This document shows positions 39,451-52,152 of a stretch of DNA of 64,000 nt, piece after piece. The notes beneath the pieces were generated by a model, which worked only from the letters and a program-made list of their open reading frames with translations, was not told the DNA's origin and made no database searches. A program made the translations under genes and the position numbers. Each line of letters opens with the position of its first letter. Position 1 is the first letter of the stretch. This DNA comes from Octopus sinensis. Taxonomy: Eukaryota. The stretch spans positions 20,956,001 through 21,020,000 of the forward strand of contig NC_042999.1 of NCBI RefSeq assembly GCF_006345805.1, in the 5' to 3' direction.

Positions 39451-40543
39451 TGAACAATACTTTATTTCATTTATTGCTACTTTGATATCTGTAGTAGTAA
39501 AACTTATGTCAGAGATAATATGATGGTGTTTTAAGTTGTTCAGATCTCAAATATGATCATAAAATATAGAGCAATATAGTTTATGCAGTACTTCTGTCAT
39601 TTTTCTCGGCTTCATGCTGAAGAATGCTGCTATCATCTATCACTTGACCAACGTGTGAGAGACCGACGAAAGTGAATAGAACACTTTCGTGCTCTGATCT
39701 TTTTGATTTCCCCGTTTTCCTCTACAGTTATTTAGTTGCCAGTGTAGGGTTACATGTTGATCTGCAGACGATATTTTTCCAGCTCAAAGCTTCTTGTAGC
39801 TGTTGAATGTGGATGCTGTTTCAAGTAGCATTTTAATTGGTTTATCAGTGCTTGGTTTTATTTCCCCACTTGGAGCCTATTTCTGCTACTTTCGTAGGAT
39901 CATACATAAGTGACAATGTTCTCGAAGTGTAGCCATAGTGTTTCACTATCAGAAAAACTGTGAGTGAAGAACCAGTTGATAAGTGATAGAAATTTTCTAA
40001 TTGCCGCTTAGATTGCTTAGTAAGGAACGATGTTGTCGAACTGGAGCGAGAGTGACTAGTTTGGCTTTGGCATGCCCAAAATGTATTCGCTTCCTTTTCT
40101 TCGATTCAAGAGTGTTACGGAATGATGAATTATTTAGAGTTCCCGGAGTAGATGTTCTACTGTAAGTCTATTTCAGATGGGGGAGTTCAAGAAAAGCACG
40201 TTTTCTGATTTTCTAAAAGAAAATCTATTAACATTTCTTCCTAAAATTCTCGTCTTAATCTTTGCAAATTAAACCTGATTAAAACTGTGGAAGTGATTGT
40301 TAGAGCATTAATATACATAGACATTTAACTTACGTACACACACAATCGCGCGCACAGACATTCATATGCAATCGTAATATAAATATACATGTCATACATG
40401 CAGAACAAAAAACTTTTCAATGTACAAGACAACACAATCAGTAATATAAATATGAAAGCCAGTGTTATATCAATAGCGTAGGAGTCTGTTTCCGCCCCCC
40501 CTCCCCGGTGGGAAATGCAGTTCAATATTCTTCAAGCCACAAT

Positions 40544-40896
40544 GGACTGGAAGCACTCCGTCGGTTACGACGACGAGGGTTCCGGGTGATCCGAATCAAC
40601 GGAACAGCCTGCTCGTGAAATTAACGTGTAAGTGGCTGAGCACTCCACAGACACGTGTACCCTTAACGTAGTTCTCGGGGATATTCAGCGTGACACAGAG
40701 AGTGACAAGGCCGGCCCCTTGAAATACAGGTACAACAGAAACAGGAATTAAGAGTGAGAGAAAGTTGTGGTGAAAGAGTACAGCAGGGATCACCACCATC
40801 CCCTGCCGGAGCCTCGTGGGGCTTTAGGTGTTTTCGCTCAATAAACACTCACAACGCCCGCGAGTCCGCTGCCCTAACCACTGGGCCATTGCGCCT
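40544..40896 (-). mobile_element. SINE family C with deletion in tRNA head, ~20-bp TSD
   Basis: TSD aatattcttcaagcc(a/g)caat on both sides. The B-box segment is missing. Confidence 0.9.
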
Positions 40897-41846
40897 TAAA
40901 TATTCTTCAAGCCGCAATATATCCTCTATAAATAGTAAATTGCAGTATGAGCCACATTGTAATTTGACAAAAATACACAGGGTAGAAAGAAATTCCCTGC
41001 TTTGATGATAAGTCTGCTCGTTGAGGTTAGTCTTAGGGTTAAACAATAAAAACAACCAGGAATGCCTCAGCTGACAATCACATAATATACATCTGTCAAT
41101 GCGACCAAAAATAAAAACAAAAGACCTTTCAAAAGGAAACCATTTCAATTTTTGTTTATTTCTAATGTTAAATAAAAAGAAACAGTAATAATAATAATAA
41201 TAACAACAATACTGAAATTAATATCAAAAATAATAATAATAATAATAATAACGATAATAAAGAAACAAATAAAAAAGATATGACAACATTTTCTCTTAGC
41301 TGTTGTTGTTCTCCGCGTTGTTGTTGACTGCTCTGACGTCGTTAACAAAAACCGGAAAGCACATCAAAACATTTCCTCAAAATCAAAGATGTTCTCGTGA
41401 TTTCAACTCCATGACATTAAATTCAAACATGAAGAAAAACCTATTTTCTTTTGTTTGTTATTTAGCTTTCAAGCCAATATCTAGTTTTATACTCACATAC
41501 ATAAAGATATCAACCCCACCGCCTCACACACACACACACATATATAGTGAAAGACAAAGAAAGAACGACACACATACCGATGCATACACACACACACCTA
41601 CACGATACAAATACACACAACGCCAATATTCAAACGAGTGCACTTCGATCATTTCAGTATTCAACGTTGATACAAAATTCCGTTCACGTATTGCAATAAT
41701 CATGTATGTTCGGGAGTGAATCAAAGGGAAATAAGAATTTAATTTAAAGCGAAATTATTGCGGAATCGGGGCAATCCTTAATTAGCCACATCGTGTTTAC
41801 GCAATAATACTATGTACGTATGTAGGTATGTATGTAAGTGTCCGCG

Positions 41847-41859
<13 letters not shown>

Positions 41860-41884
<25 letters not shown>

Positions 41885-42075
41885 CGCTTTTACCAGTTTC
41901 AGCCATTTGACTGTGGCCATGCTGGAGCACCGCCTTAAGTCGAGCAAATCGACCCCAGGACTTTGGTCGACCCGAGGCTATAGTAGAAGACACTTGGCCA
42001 AGGTGCCACGTATTTGGAGACTGAATCCGGAAGCATGTGGTTAGTAAACAAGCTACTTACCATACAACCACTCCT
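41860..42075 (-). mobile_element. SINE family B with internal deletion
   Basis: Tail (ccatgctggagcaccgcc) is joined directly to the head half. Confidence 0.8.
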
Positions 42076-42105
42076 AGGCCTATATATATGCACACACACA
42101 CACAC

Positions 42106-42136
<31 letters not shown>

Positions 42137-42363
42137 AATTAATCAATATAGGGAGGCAAAAAAATTTTGTAGAATTCTTTTGCCCCCAGCGGCCTAGTGG
42201 GAAAAAATTAAATAGTCATAAACCATTTTTAAGTTCAATATCACAATCAAGGAACGGCCATAATAGGCCATTCACCCACTAGAAATAACAGCCAAAAAGC
42301 TTCAACCGCAAAATAACATTAATTCCGTAAATCAGGAGAAAATTAAAAAACATTTACCCTGAA

Positions 42364-42470
42364 ATTCCTTATACGATGCACCGTTTCTTCTACTGTTTAA
42401 TGGTAAACTAACGTGATTAAATTAAATCAAGCCAATCTACCATAGGCCCTTAGATTCATCAGTAAGGAAT
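42364..42470 (-). ncRNA. Type I hammerhead ribozyme, repeat unit 1
   Basis: attcctta-CTGATGA-atcta...tagaa-GAAAC-ggtgcatc-GTA-taaggaat, with an 8-bp stem I. Confidence 0.78.
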
Positions 42471-42854
42471 AGCCAAAACGGAACAGATATTTTTCACGAG
42501 GCATTCACGTCCATGCCTCGCCAATATCTGACCTAAAATTTTCAAATCGTCGCACTCGCGCCAAATTTATCGGCAGCAAATAAATATAAGCCGCCGATTC
42601 CATTACGGAACCAACCAGAAAATTCATAATTAATCAATATAGGGAGGCAAAAAAATTTTGTAGAATTCTTTTGCCCCCAGCGGCCTAGTGGGAAAAAATT
42701 AAATAGTCATAAACCATTTTTAAGTTCAATATCACAATCAAGGAACGGCCATAATAGGCCATTCACCCACTAGAAATAACAGCCAAAAAGCTTCAACCGC
42801 AAAATAACATTAATTCCGTAAATCAGGAGAAAATTAAAAAAACATTACCCTGAA

Positions 42855-42961
42855 ATTCCTTATACGATGCACCGTTTCTTCTACTGTTTAATGGTAAACT
42901 AACGTGATTAAATTAAATCAAGCCAATCTACCATAGGCCCTTAGATTCATCAGTAAGGAAT
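42855..42961 (-). ncRNA. Type I hammerhead ribozyme, repeat unit 2
   Basis: Identical to the unit 1 motif. Confidence 0.78.
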
Positions 42962-43558
42962 AGCCAAAACGGAACAGATATTTTTCACGAGGCATTCACG
43001 TCCATGCCTCGCCAATATCTGACCTAAAATTTTCAAATCGTCGCACTCGCGCCAATTTATCGGCAGCAAATAAATATAAGCCGCCGATTCCATTACGGAA
43101 CCAACCAGAAAATTCATAATTAATCAATATAGGGAGGCAAAAAAATTTTGTAGAATTCTTTTGCCCCCAGCGGCCTAGTGGGAAAAAATTAAATAGTCAT
43201 AAACCATTTTTAAGTTCAATATCACAATCAAGGAACGGCCATAATAGGCCATTCACCCATGGGTGAATGGCCTATTATGGCCGTTCCTTGATTGTGATAT
43301 TGAACTTAAAAATGGTTTATGACTATTTAATTTTTTCCCACTAGGCCGCTGGGGGCAAAAGAATTCTACAAAATTTTTTTGCCTCCCTATATTGATTAAT
43401 TATGAATTTTCTGGTTGGTTCCGTAATGGAATCGGCGGCTTATATTTATTTGCTGCCGATAAATTTGGCGCGAGTGCGACGATTTGAAAATTTTAGGTCA
43501 GATATTGGCGAGGCATGGACGTGAATGCCTCGTGAAAAATATCTGTTCCGTTTTGGCT

Positions 43559-43665
43559 ATTCCTTACTGATGAATCTAAGGGCCTATGGTAGATTGGCTT
43601 GATTTAATTTAATCACGTTAGTTTACCATTAAACAGTAGAAGAAACGGTGCATCGTATAAGGAAT
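43559..43665 (+). ncRNA. Type I hammerhead ribozyme in inverted arm (predicted cleavage after 43657)
   Basis: CTGATGA at 43567-43573, GAAAC at 43642-43646, GTA at 43655-43657, stem I attcctta/taaggaat. Confidence 0.78.
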
Positions 43666-43784
43666 TTCAGGGTAAATGTTTTTTAATTTTCTCCTGATTT
43701 ACGGAATTAATGTTATTTTGCGGTTGAAGCTTTTTGGCTGTTATTTCTAGTGGGTGAATGGCCTATTATGGCCGTTCCTTGATT

Positions 43785-43872
<88 letters not shown>

Positions 43873-43875
<3 letters not shown>

Positions 43876-44621
43876 CATGAGTGTGGATACCTCTTTCCAA
43901 GTGCACTTTACCAGGATGGCGACAAAGTGCAGACGATTGGCTGAATGGATCCTAAGAACATTCAGAACCAGAGATAATGAAACCATGATGGTTCTCTGGC
44001 GGACATTCGTCCTCAGCCGCCTGGATTACTGCTCACAGATATGGTCAACCACCAGTGTGAAATTAACAGCAGACCTTGAAGCAATCAAGAGAAGATTCAC
44101 AAAGAAGATCGTCTCTTTGCAACAGCTCAGCTACTGGGAAAGGTTGAAACAGCTAAGACTCTACTCCCTGGAGAGAAGACGGGAGAGGTATGTAGTAATA
44201 TATGCCTGGAAGATCCTGGAAGGAATTGTGCCAAATTTTGGCATTGTAAGCTACATCAGTGCTAGAACGGGACGACACTGCATAGTGCCAAATATCCCAG
44301 CAATGCCATCATGCTTCAGGACTAGCTTCTGCAACAGTCTGGATTTCAAGGTCCCACAGCTTTTTATCATCCTCCCAAAGAGTCTGAGGAATTTGCACAA
44401 AGTAGATGTAGCAGTATTTAAGTCAAAGCTGGACATCTTCCTGTCGAGTGTCCCAGATGAACCTACCTCTCGGCAAGAGGTGCAAATGAGAGTAGCTATA
44501 TCAAACTCCATTCTTCACCCCAAGTGCCACATATTAGAGGAGGTTCATCGTAATAACAGTGTATCACAAAATGGCGGTGCATGAGAATGACCGCAGCTCT
44601 GAGCTGAAACAAGAAAAAAAA
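43873..44621 (+). mobile_element. CR1-clade LINE 3' end (second subfamily)
   Basis: Uninterrupted frame WILRTFRTRD..SRLDYCSQIWS..SYWERLKQLRLYSLERRRERY..FKSKLDIFL..VPDEP. Short 3' UTR ending gctgaaacaag(a)n. Confidence 0.9.
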
Positions 44622-44886
44622 TATATATATATAATATAACTCCGCTGTATCTCAATCATAAGGGAATTTTACATTGCTTATAAACTCTATATTTGGATGG
44701 ACTCATTATAATCTGTTGGACTTTACTCATAGGATATTGGAATATTGCATTTATGCCATTATGCCTATAAAACGGATCTACAACTTCAATATCCCTACAT
44801 ATCTTACATCTATTTTCTTTCCCCCACCTCACTCTCTATTTTGTATCACATCTAAACTAACTATGACTTAACTATCCTCTAACACC

Positions 44887-44938
44887 GTCTCCGATGAAGG
44901 GATATAATTAATAAATATCCAAGAAACAGCTGTAAGAC
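44887..44938 (+). ncRNA. Minimal hammerhead, second copy (U4C core variant)
   Basis: gtct-CCGATGA-agggata..tatcc-aa-GAAAC-agct-GTA-agac. Downstream ~60 bp is homologous to 36005-36062. Confidence 0.6.
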
Positions 44939-45098
44939 CTATCTATAAATGTTCTAATATCTACACAGCTTTGGTCTTTTTATCTTATTACGCAAAAAAT
45001 TCTTATACACACACACAGACATGACGGAAATTGTTCCTATATCCAAAACAGAATCTCAATATAAAGCATTAGGATACTAATATATATATATATATATA

Positions 45099-45545
45099 GG
45101 AAGTTAAAAGTTATGGCCGGTCATACAGTGATCATTGGTTTCGCACCTATAAAGCCCTCAACTGTATAAGCGAGCAACTCGGCGGACTCAAATGGCTCAA
45201 GGTGCATAACCACTGTTCGACTTGCGGGGAAGAAATATGTTATGGTCAGTTGCCTTGTTTTATTTTTTCTCCTTCGGGCTTTGAATTCTCAATTTGTTGA
45301 ATAATCCTACCACAGCTTCTTCGAACTTCACCACCCCTGGAGCCGGTGTTCGGGAGGGTGGCCAACTCGATCGCAACACGGACAATTAATATTTGTTTAC
45401 GAAACAAACTGACCGTTTCTTGCTTAAATTGTAGAGAGTTTATGCACCTTCGGACATTTAAGTCTGACGAGTCACCCAATTGCTAAGAACTTTATAGGTG
45501 CGAAACCAATGGTCACTCTATAACTGACCATACCTTTTAACTTCC
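45099..45545. mobile_element. MITE with ~55-bp TIRs, TA-flanked
   Basis: ggaagttaaaagttatggccgg...cgcacctataaag / ctttataggtgcg...ccataccttttaacttcc. Related fragment near 60000-60090. Confidence 0.8.
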
Positions 45546-45553
45546 TAATACAA

Positions 45554-46136
45554 GCAGGAGTGGTTGTGTGGTAAGTAGCTTACCAACTACATGATTCCGA
45601 GCTCAGCCCCACTGCGTGACACCTTGAAGTGTCTGCTATAGCCTCGGACCGACCAAAGTCTTGAGTGGATTTCGTAGACGGAAAGATGCCCGTCATATAT
45701 ATATATATATATATAACGTAAATTATAATAGCCATCTCAATATGGCTAACCACTAAAAGTGGGTGTTACTGTAGCTTTTAGCCCCAGGAGATCATCGTCT
45801 CCCGGGGCTAAAGGCTACAGTAACACACACCCTTAGTGGTTAGCCATATTGAGATGGCTGTTATACTTTACGTTGTCGAGCGGTTACTGTTTACATCTCG
45901 TTCAGAGATTTATTATTGCTATTATATATATATATATGTATATATAATGTGTGTGTGTGTCCAACATCGCTTGACAACCGATGCTGGTGTGTTTACGTCC
46001 CCGTAACTTAGCGGTTCAGTAAAATATATCTATAGAAGTACTAGGCTTGCAAAGAATGAGTACTGAAGTAGATATGCTCGACTAAAGGTGGTGTGATCCA
46101 GCATGGCCGTAGCCAACTGCCTAAAACACGTAAAAG
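45554..46136 (+). mobile_element. SINE family B split by hairpin element inserted in its internal (TA)n tract
   Basis: 5' half at 45554-45694, 3' half at ~45950-46136. Confidence 0.8.
45715..45874. mobile_element. 160-bp palindromic (fold-back) element
   Basis: aacgtaaattataatagccatctcaatatggctaaccact... pairs with ...agtggttagccatattgagatggctgttatactttacgtt. A one-armed relative lies at ~28088-28210. Confidence 0.75.
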
Positions 46137-48339
46137 GATATATATATACATATATAGAAGTAATGATTTAATGTTGTGTTATAAAACTTGTATGCTGATT
46201 AGAGCCCTCTTACAGTATTCGGCTATCTAATGTCATTAACAGTATGGATATATAAACCACTGGACTTATCGCATATGTAGAGTTTGTAAAATATAGGGAT
46301 TCACGAGATTTATTATTCACTGCGATAGTTTCGACCTGGTAAAGTACCGAAACACAATGTGTGGAAAATATCATTGTTCATGATTTACTTTCTTTTTTCT
46401 CATATATATATAATGCTATTCCTCTGACCTAGTACCTATTTTTATATATTTTTCTTACCTACTACACTATTCTACCTCACCCCTCACAGAAATTTTTTTC
46501 TACGCTTCCCTCTCAAATATACCCTGAAATGGAATCCTTAACTTGGCGCTGTAAAGGAAGATATAAGCGCTCTATGTTAGAAGGTACATCAGATGTTGAT
46601 TGCGGAGCAGTTAGATAAACCACATTTATGATAGATGTTATATAAACGAATGAGATTATAAATGTTAAAGAAACAGGATTTTCGACTAAACGAATACTAA
46701 ATAAATTTACTTGTTCAAGAAGGAAATATTGCATACTTTATTTAAAATCGCTAATGTTCGCCAAGCAGTTTTACTGTATTGAAATCTTGCTAATCAAATA
46801 AAAGGAAAGTCCTTGTTGATCTGTCAAACAAAACATCCACTTTCACTTGAAGGTTTCAGCAGGCATTCGCTACCAGTTTATTGGAAATCTAATAGAAAAG
46901 CGTGCGTGCTTCATAAAATCTACTTGAATATCGTTACAAGAATTTTTCCATCTTGAGACTGATGGATATTAAAATCTATAAATTTAGATTTGGAAATTTT
47001 ATTAATATGAGCAACTATTGCAGATCACGAAACTGCATATTTCTTTACTATTTGTCAAATTCATAAGGATGTACGTTTACCTCCAAAAGTCAGATCAATG
47101 GTGCGGCAATTTTACAAGGGAGTGTTATTAATGTGCAAGTCCTTTTAATAAGGAAAATCGTTTTTTGAAACTTCAATGAAACAAAAGAACAAAACTCAGT
47201 GAAATTTAATAAATTTCTAATGAATATTGACAGAAAAACATAAACAGCAGAATATCAGTGATGTATGATGTGGAATATCATGAGATGAGAAAAGTTGAGA
47301 AAATATAATTCATTCCAGCGTGCACAAATTTGTTATATTTGCGCTCGATACCGCATTTGTTGTTAATGCCTAAGTAAATGGAGAACAGAACACTGTTATC
47401 TCAAACAAGAGCATAACCGTTTATCAATTTCTTCACAAGAGTAGAAATGTAACCATGACAGCAGAATGATGAGAGGACCAAAATAAAAGTACATTCACAG
47501 AAATGATGTATGAAATTTGAAACAGGAAATGAGACAAAAACCGTTGCAGTTTCCATTTTAAAGCAAACGATAAAACATGCCAAAAATATAAAATAAGGCT
47601 CAAAATACACTAGAATATTAAAATGACAAAAACAGGGAAATGTAAAACAAAATATTACTGCAAACCATTTAATGCTTAAATACTATATATATGGTTTATA
47701 CGGAATTTTCAACGCAACGGATTTAGGAGCATTGAACTGATTTTACGTGAGTTTATATTATTGAAATCCATCCCTGCAGTTGCTGTCACTGAGATGAGTG
47801 AGCTGTAAAATTCCTCATCAAATACTTATATCCATATATATTGTGATCAGTAAAAAATTTGCAATATAATTTATTTGCTTTATTGGACAAGTTAAAAAAA
47901 ATGCAACCTAGCATTCAAAGTAAAGGTGATCCTGTTGCACCTTCTTAAACCACCTTTCTGTCAGTACTTTGAACACACGCTGATATAAATTATTGAATTC
48001 CGATGCGAAGAAAACCTTTCACAGAAGCTTCAGCCCACGCAGGACGTGAGCCATAGATCGGAACTCGCTTCCTGTTAAACAACGTTGTATTATTTGGAGG
48101 CACTCTATGCAACGTTCAATGAAATATCGATATAACATTTTTATTTAACATGCTCGTAAGCTTTCGGACATAGATAGGTATACGTTGTACAATTCGTTGC
48201 AAAAGAAATTATTCTCCATACAAAGAATACGCGTGGAAATATATCATAAAGCTATGCATACCAATTACAATCTTTCATCAACAGATGCTTGCGTAGTATA
48301 TTTAAAATTAGATGACCCGAACACATGTAATATGGAGAT

Positions 48340-48615
48340 ATAGCAAAGAACAAATCAAGTTTCGATTTAAGAAAAAGTGGAAGTGGATTGGTAGCACAAT
48401 TAGAAAAGACACCAAATGTAGAGAAAAGTGCTTCACAGTGGAATCCGGATGGATACAGAAAGAGGGGTAGGCCTAAGAACTTGTGGCGTAGATCAACACA
48501 AAAGGAACTAGAGAAAGGGGTAATTTCATGGCAGAGTATAAGTACAGAAGCGAAAAATTATTTGGACATGGAATTCAATTACAAGTGGCCTATACTCCGC
48601 GTTGGAGGGTTAAAG
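48340..48615 (+). mobile_element. RTE-clade LINE 3' end remnant
   Basis: KWKWIG..QWNPDGYRKRGRPKNLWRR..VGGL resembles the RTE C-terminus. Confidence 0.7.
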
Positions 48616-48987
48616 GCAGAAACAATTTTTTCTTATGCTAGAACGGAAAGTGATATATTTGCTGATGTGTGCAAAGATTTGTTGGAATTACTGAAATAGG
48701 GGCGGACTAAGCATCGTTGAATGAAACGCAGGCGTGTATAATGAAATGTATATACTTGATATAACGTTTCATTGCTATCATTTCGACAGCTCACTTATGG
48801 TACCATATTCACCTGATCAAGTAACATCGATTGTATTGTGGGAGTGAGCTAATGAACAACGCATATTTGATCACTGTAAACGAATCATTAGTGTAGGTTC
48901 TTAATCAAAATGTTGAACAGTCATACGCCGTTTTCGATTGGAAAATCTATCATATATACACGTACATAAATACATACATGTACATAA

Positions 48988-50034
48988 ACTTTGATAAGTT
49001 TCGGCCAGTATAGGATCAAGCCGTTTCTAACTCAATAGCAGCCCCTAGTGAAGTCTTTTAGTCATATAAGGGGCACCATAGCCCACTCTAAGAAAGAGTT
49101 ATTATATTATTGTTGGAGACATATCTGTGTGCAGGAGGTAGGTCCGGGATTTTTAGAAGAAATTTGTCCAGTAAACATTTGAATTTTATGGGATCCGTTT
49201 CCGTTTTGACGGATTTTAGTATGGTATTAAAGAGAGATGGACCGGTTGAGGTAAAGTAATTGTGACGTAATGTTGCTATGTGTACCGAGTTCGATTTTTG
49301 TATTGGGTGGATAGCACGGGGACCATGTCTTGAATGGATTTTAAAATTGATGCGAACATCATTTGTGTAATATTGATGGAATATTTTCCACATAACACAA
49401 ATGACGTAGCGCCCCCGGCCGTGTTGGAGAGAGTAGAGGTTGAGTTTTTAGTCGAACCCAATAATCAATGCCTCTCATGCCATCTATCTTTATTGTTATG
49501 AACGTCTGGAGTGTTTCTAATTTCATAATGATCTGTTTCGTATGGGGGACCACAGTGGGCAACAGTAATGGAGGTGGGATCAAGCAAAAGTAGAGTAGAG
49601 AAGGATGAGGGTGTATGCATCTCTAGACCGGAAAGTTCTCAGAATACAGGAGCACATCTTGCAGGCCAAGTCAACCCTGTTGTTTACGTGGGAATTCTGC
49701 TTAGATTATCAACAATCACTCCAAGATCTCTGGTATTGTTGAATGACATTAGGGAATCGCCTGAGGGAGAGCATATGGTAATTTCAGAATTTCCTCCTTC
49801 CCAAAGTGGGTCTAATCAAACAGATCTGACTGAAGGCATATTCGGTCACTCCTGCTGTTTATGGTTTTCTGGAGTTTGGAATCATCTGCGAAGATTTTCA
49901 ATGTAGAGTGTTTGATGATATCTACTATGTTGTTGATGTAAATAAAGAAGAGGAGTGGGCCCATCACAGTACTTTGTGGGGACACCACTACTGACTTTCG
50001 ATGAGCTGGATCGTATTCCCTTGAACACATGTTG
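48988..50034 (-). mobile_element. CR1 LINE remnant (same family as 3041-5051), deleted and decayed
   Basis: actttgat tail, GPLLFFIYINNIVDIIKHSTLKIFADDSKL, HNYFTSTGPSLFN. Confidence 0.88.
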
Positions 50035-50315
50035 GGTTCTGTCCTTGTTTTTCCCCTCTATGTTTATCCCCCTCTAGGCCATAAAGAAATAAATAAATAT
50101 TTCACACTTACGCCGCATCAGAGATTCAGTGGAATATCGGATCATTGATTATTAATTGCATTTCCTACCTACTTAACGGCAGCATCTTGTCAGCATTCGA
50201 TGTCTGCAGTGTTGTATTATTGAGCTGTCAGTATTTAGTTATTCCTATTCAGATTCTGGTGTTATACTTGCTGATATATCTCGACTCTTATGAATCCTTG
50301 GAAATGGTTTCATTC

Positions 50316-50355
<40 letters not shown>

Positions 50356-51079
50356 GAAAGAGACGGAGAGAAATAGATAGATAAGATAGATAGATAGATA
50401 GAAATATAAGTACATGGGTGGGAATTAAAAGAATAGTGATGATGATCAGGTTAACATATCGTAATAGTACAAAATGGAGAGAAATCGATATAAAATTTTC
50501 TTTAAAGGAAGTAATATACCTGTCCTCTGATATTTGTAAAATGTTAGTTTTGTTTTTAAAATAACCATAAATATTTACGTATTTCGGATGCTTCCAAAAT
50601 AGATGAGAGTACAGAGTATATGCCTCCGAACATTAATATTATGTCAAAAATGTATTTTGTGTTATATAATTCTATTTTCTCTTTCGATACCAAATGTATT
50701 ACCGAGCATGTACCATGTTATTATTTCTTTCTATTATATTTCGCTTGGTTGTGACTTGTTTATGCGCATTTTAGTTGGTTTTAGATATATTTTATTATGT
50801 TATTCACTTATGTGTATATACTAGGTATTTATGTCGTCTTTTTATAAATTCTTTTTTATGTATTGGGAATGGTTTTATATCATGCTACCATACAGGCTTG
50901 TTTTGATTTGATTTCTTTTAATGTTTTGTTGTCTTTTTTTAATTCAGTTTTGACGTGTCTGATATATTTAATACCTACCTCACCGTTTCAGTTTGCTTTG
51001 AAACTATATAATATACAGAAAATATTACCTATGTTTACGAAAATATGCATCAAGATATTTGTCGCACTTTTCTCTGTGT

Positions 51080-51850
51080 ACGTATAGCATTTCACTATCA
51101 TCAGCATTCGAAATATTCACTGTCAATAAATGGGAATCTCAAATCATTACGCTGAAAGGTGTTTCGTTCCGAAAGCACTGCAATATCGATAAATCGACAA
51201 AAACTATATTTCTTTCCTCTTATAGCATTTTCAGATTTGATGGATTTTATTCCCCTATCAGCGTGGCTGGCCTCTGGGAGTTCCAAGCATCCAGATATAA
51301 TGTCGTTGATGTTTTCTTATTTTTCATAGTTTTCATATATCCTATATTGTGGATATCCTTCAACCTGTTTGAATCGATTGTGGTTATGCAACTCTGGTCT
51401 CCTGCCGCAATTATCAGACCTTTTGTGTCCGTTGTCTTTCGTTGATCTATGTTTCCATCGGGTATCGATTCAGATACTTTACGCATATTAAACCAGTTAA
51501 ATCTGTCTATGGTGCGCATGTGTCTGATTTACTCCTTTGAAGTATTTTTTTCCTCGTTTTGTGTTGATGATATCTATGTAATATCCACCTCTTGTCTTGC
51601 TTCTTCCTTAATCACGTTTACCTGTATATTTGTGACGCGAAGGAACGGCACTTCTGTTTTTATCAGGTATGCTTATAGTAGTAGTCTTGAAGGTTCTAAG
51701 ATGTCAGCTAAACCTTATTCTCCCAAGCATCTTCTAAGTTGCAATGTGAGCATATCTCCTTTCAAGTGTTTCATCTTCTCTAAGGTCAAATTTTTTCATG
51801 GCTTGCTTTCCAAACACTTGAATTATTCAGTGTCTATTGGATGAGAATGG
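51080..51850 (-). mobile_element. Decayed R4/Dong-like RLE LINE
   Basis: TKGLIIAAGDQS and INDIISGCLEL..HADRG resemble ETEGLIIAAQDQ...ETIDHIISGCP.LA..Y..RHD. Confidence 0.6.
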
Positions 51851-51989
51851 AGTTACAAGTTACAACAAGCATTTCGATTGCTTTAATTAGAAATAACATT
51901 ATTAATCGTCTTCAGAGATACTGGTGCTGAAACACAATTAATCATCATTGTTTACTCATTAAGATGCGATCAATGGTTGCAGCTATAAC

Positions 51990-52152
51990 CGTCGCGTGGT
52001 GAAAGAGTACAGCAGGATTCATCCACCGTCTCCCTGCCGGAGCGTTGTGGAGCTTTAGATGTTCTTGCTCAATAAACACTCACAATGCACAGTCTGGGAA
52101 TCGAAACCGCGATCCTACGACCGTGAGTCCGCTGGGCCATTGCGCCTCCACA
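51990..52152 (-). mobile_element. SINE family C 5' fragment
   Basis: Head reverse complement (gggccattgcgcctccac). Confidence 0.8.

Larger units (their letters stand above)
42136..43791. repeat. ~490-bp tandem repeat (2.3 units) plus 532-bp fold-back, one hammerhead per unit (retrozyme-like)
   Basis: gggaggc anchor at 42151, 42642, 43132 (periods 491, 490). Inversion centre cccatggg at 43259/43260. Both outer ends run into (TA)n. Confidence 0.92.

Noticed and set aside
42190-42243. A-box/B-box-like motifs in the 490-bp unit (cggcctagtgg; agttcaatatc)
   Set aside because: Weak matches, antisense to the ribozyme strand, and T-runs on the ribozyme strand would stop Pol III.
42136-43791. CRISPR-like or phage interpretation of the tandem array
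   Set aside because: No short repeat-spacer structure. Units are long and near identical in a eukaryotic context.
46520-47150. Possible decayed pol/transposase (DVDCGA motif)
   Set aside because: A single short motif with no supporting downstream domains.
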